A DNA stretch of 64,000 bases, taken from the sequence record MW735835.1, one strand, 5' to 3'. Each line of letters starts with the position of its first letter. Positions within the stretch are counted from its first letter, which is position 1. The notes under the pieces were generated by a model. The model made no database searches, was not told the DNA's origin, and saw only the letters and a program-made list of their open reading frames with translations. Both the position numbers and the translations under genes were made by a program. This document shows positions 63,959 through 64,000 of this stretch, piece after piece.

Positions 63959-64000
63959 CAGCTCATCCCTTTGAAGGTTGGCGTTACGAGAGTGGTGCCG

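Noticed and set aside
1-64000. Stop-codon reassignment or prophage/host junction
   Set aside because: Genes read full length in the standard code with TAA, TGA and TAG stops, and no integrase, att site or host housekeeping block is seen.

Overview
A 64 kb segment of a lytic jumbo phage of the phiKZ-like (chimallivirus-type) group. It is GC-rich with strongly C/G-ending codons, and the host cannot be identified from this window. Left to right it holds: paralogous tail-fibre and LamG (ConA-like) receptor-binding genes (1-8.6 kb); nucleotide metabolism (class I RNR nrdB/nrdA, dCTP deaminase, DHH phosphoesterase) with small accessory genes; the phiKZ-like core block (DnaB-like helicase, major capsid protein, non-virion RNA polymerase beta-like subunit, CYTH protein, RuvC-like resolvase, baseplate-type structural genes, portal with a 310-aa acidic tail); an array of small membrane-anchored genes and an R2K ATP-grasp gene (40-45.8 kb); then endolysin, two His-repeat tail-fibre genes, a structural gene and a PAAR-type spike tip. 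The standout feature is an ~11 kb minus-strand cluster (47.2-58.1 kb) between the tail-fibre genes and the endolysin. It encodes six radical SAM/SPASM-type proteins (two degenerate), three Fe(II)-dependent oxygenases and several unknowns. One unknown is a 178-aa protein ending in CHTS-CHTS-CHSA-RGRR, a motif resembling the SCIFF/ranthipeptide core and His-Xaa-Ser repeats. This looks like a phage-encoded RiPP-like or virion-protein modification system; that function is inferred, not demonstrated. No tRNA, rRNA, CRISPR array or integrase was seen. Family assignments come from motif recognition and phiKZ-like synteny, not database searches.
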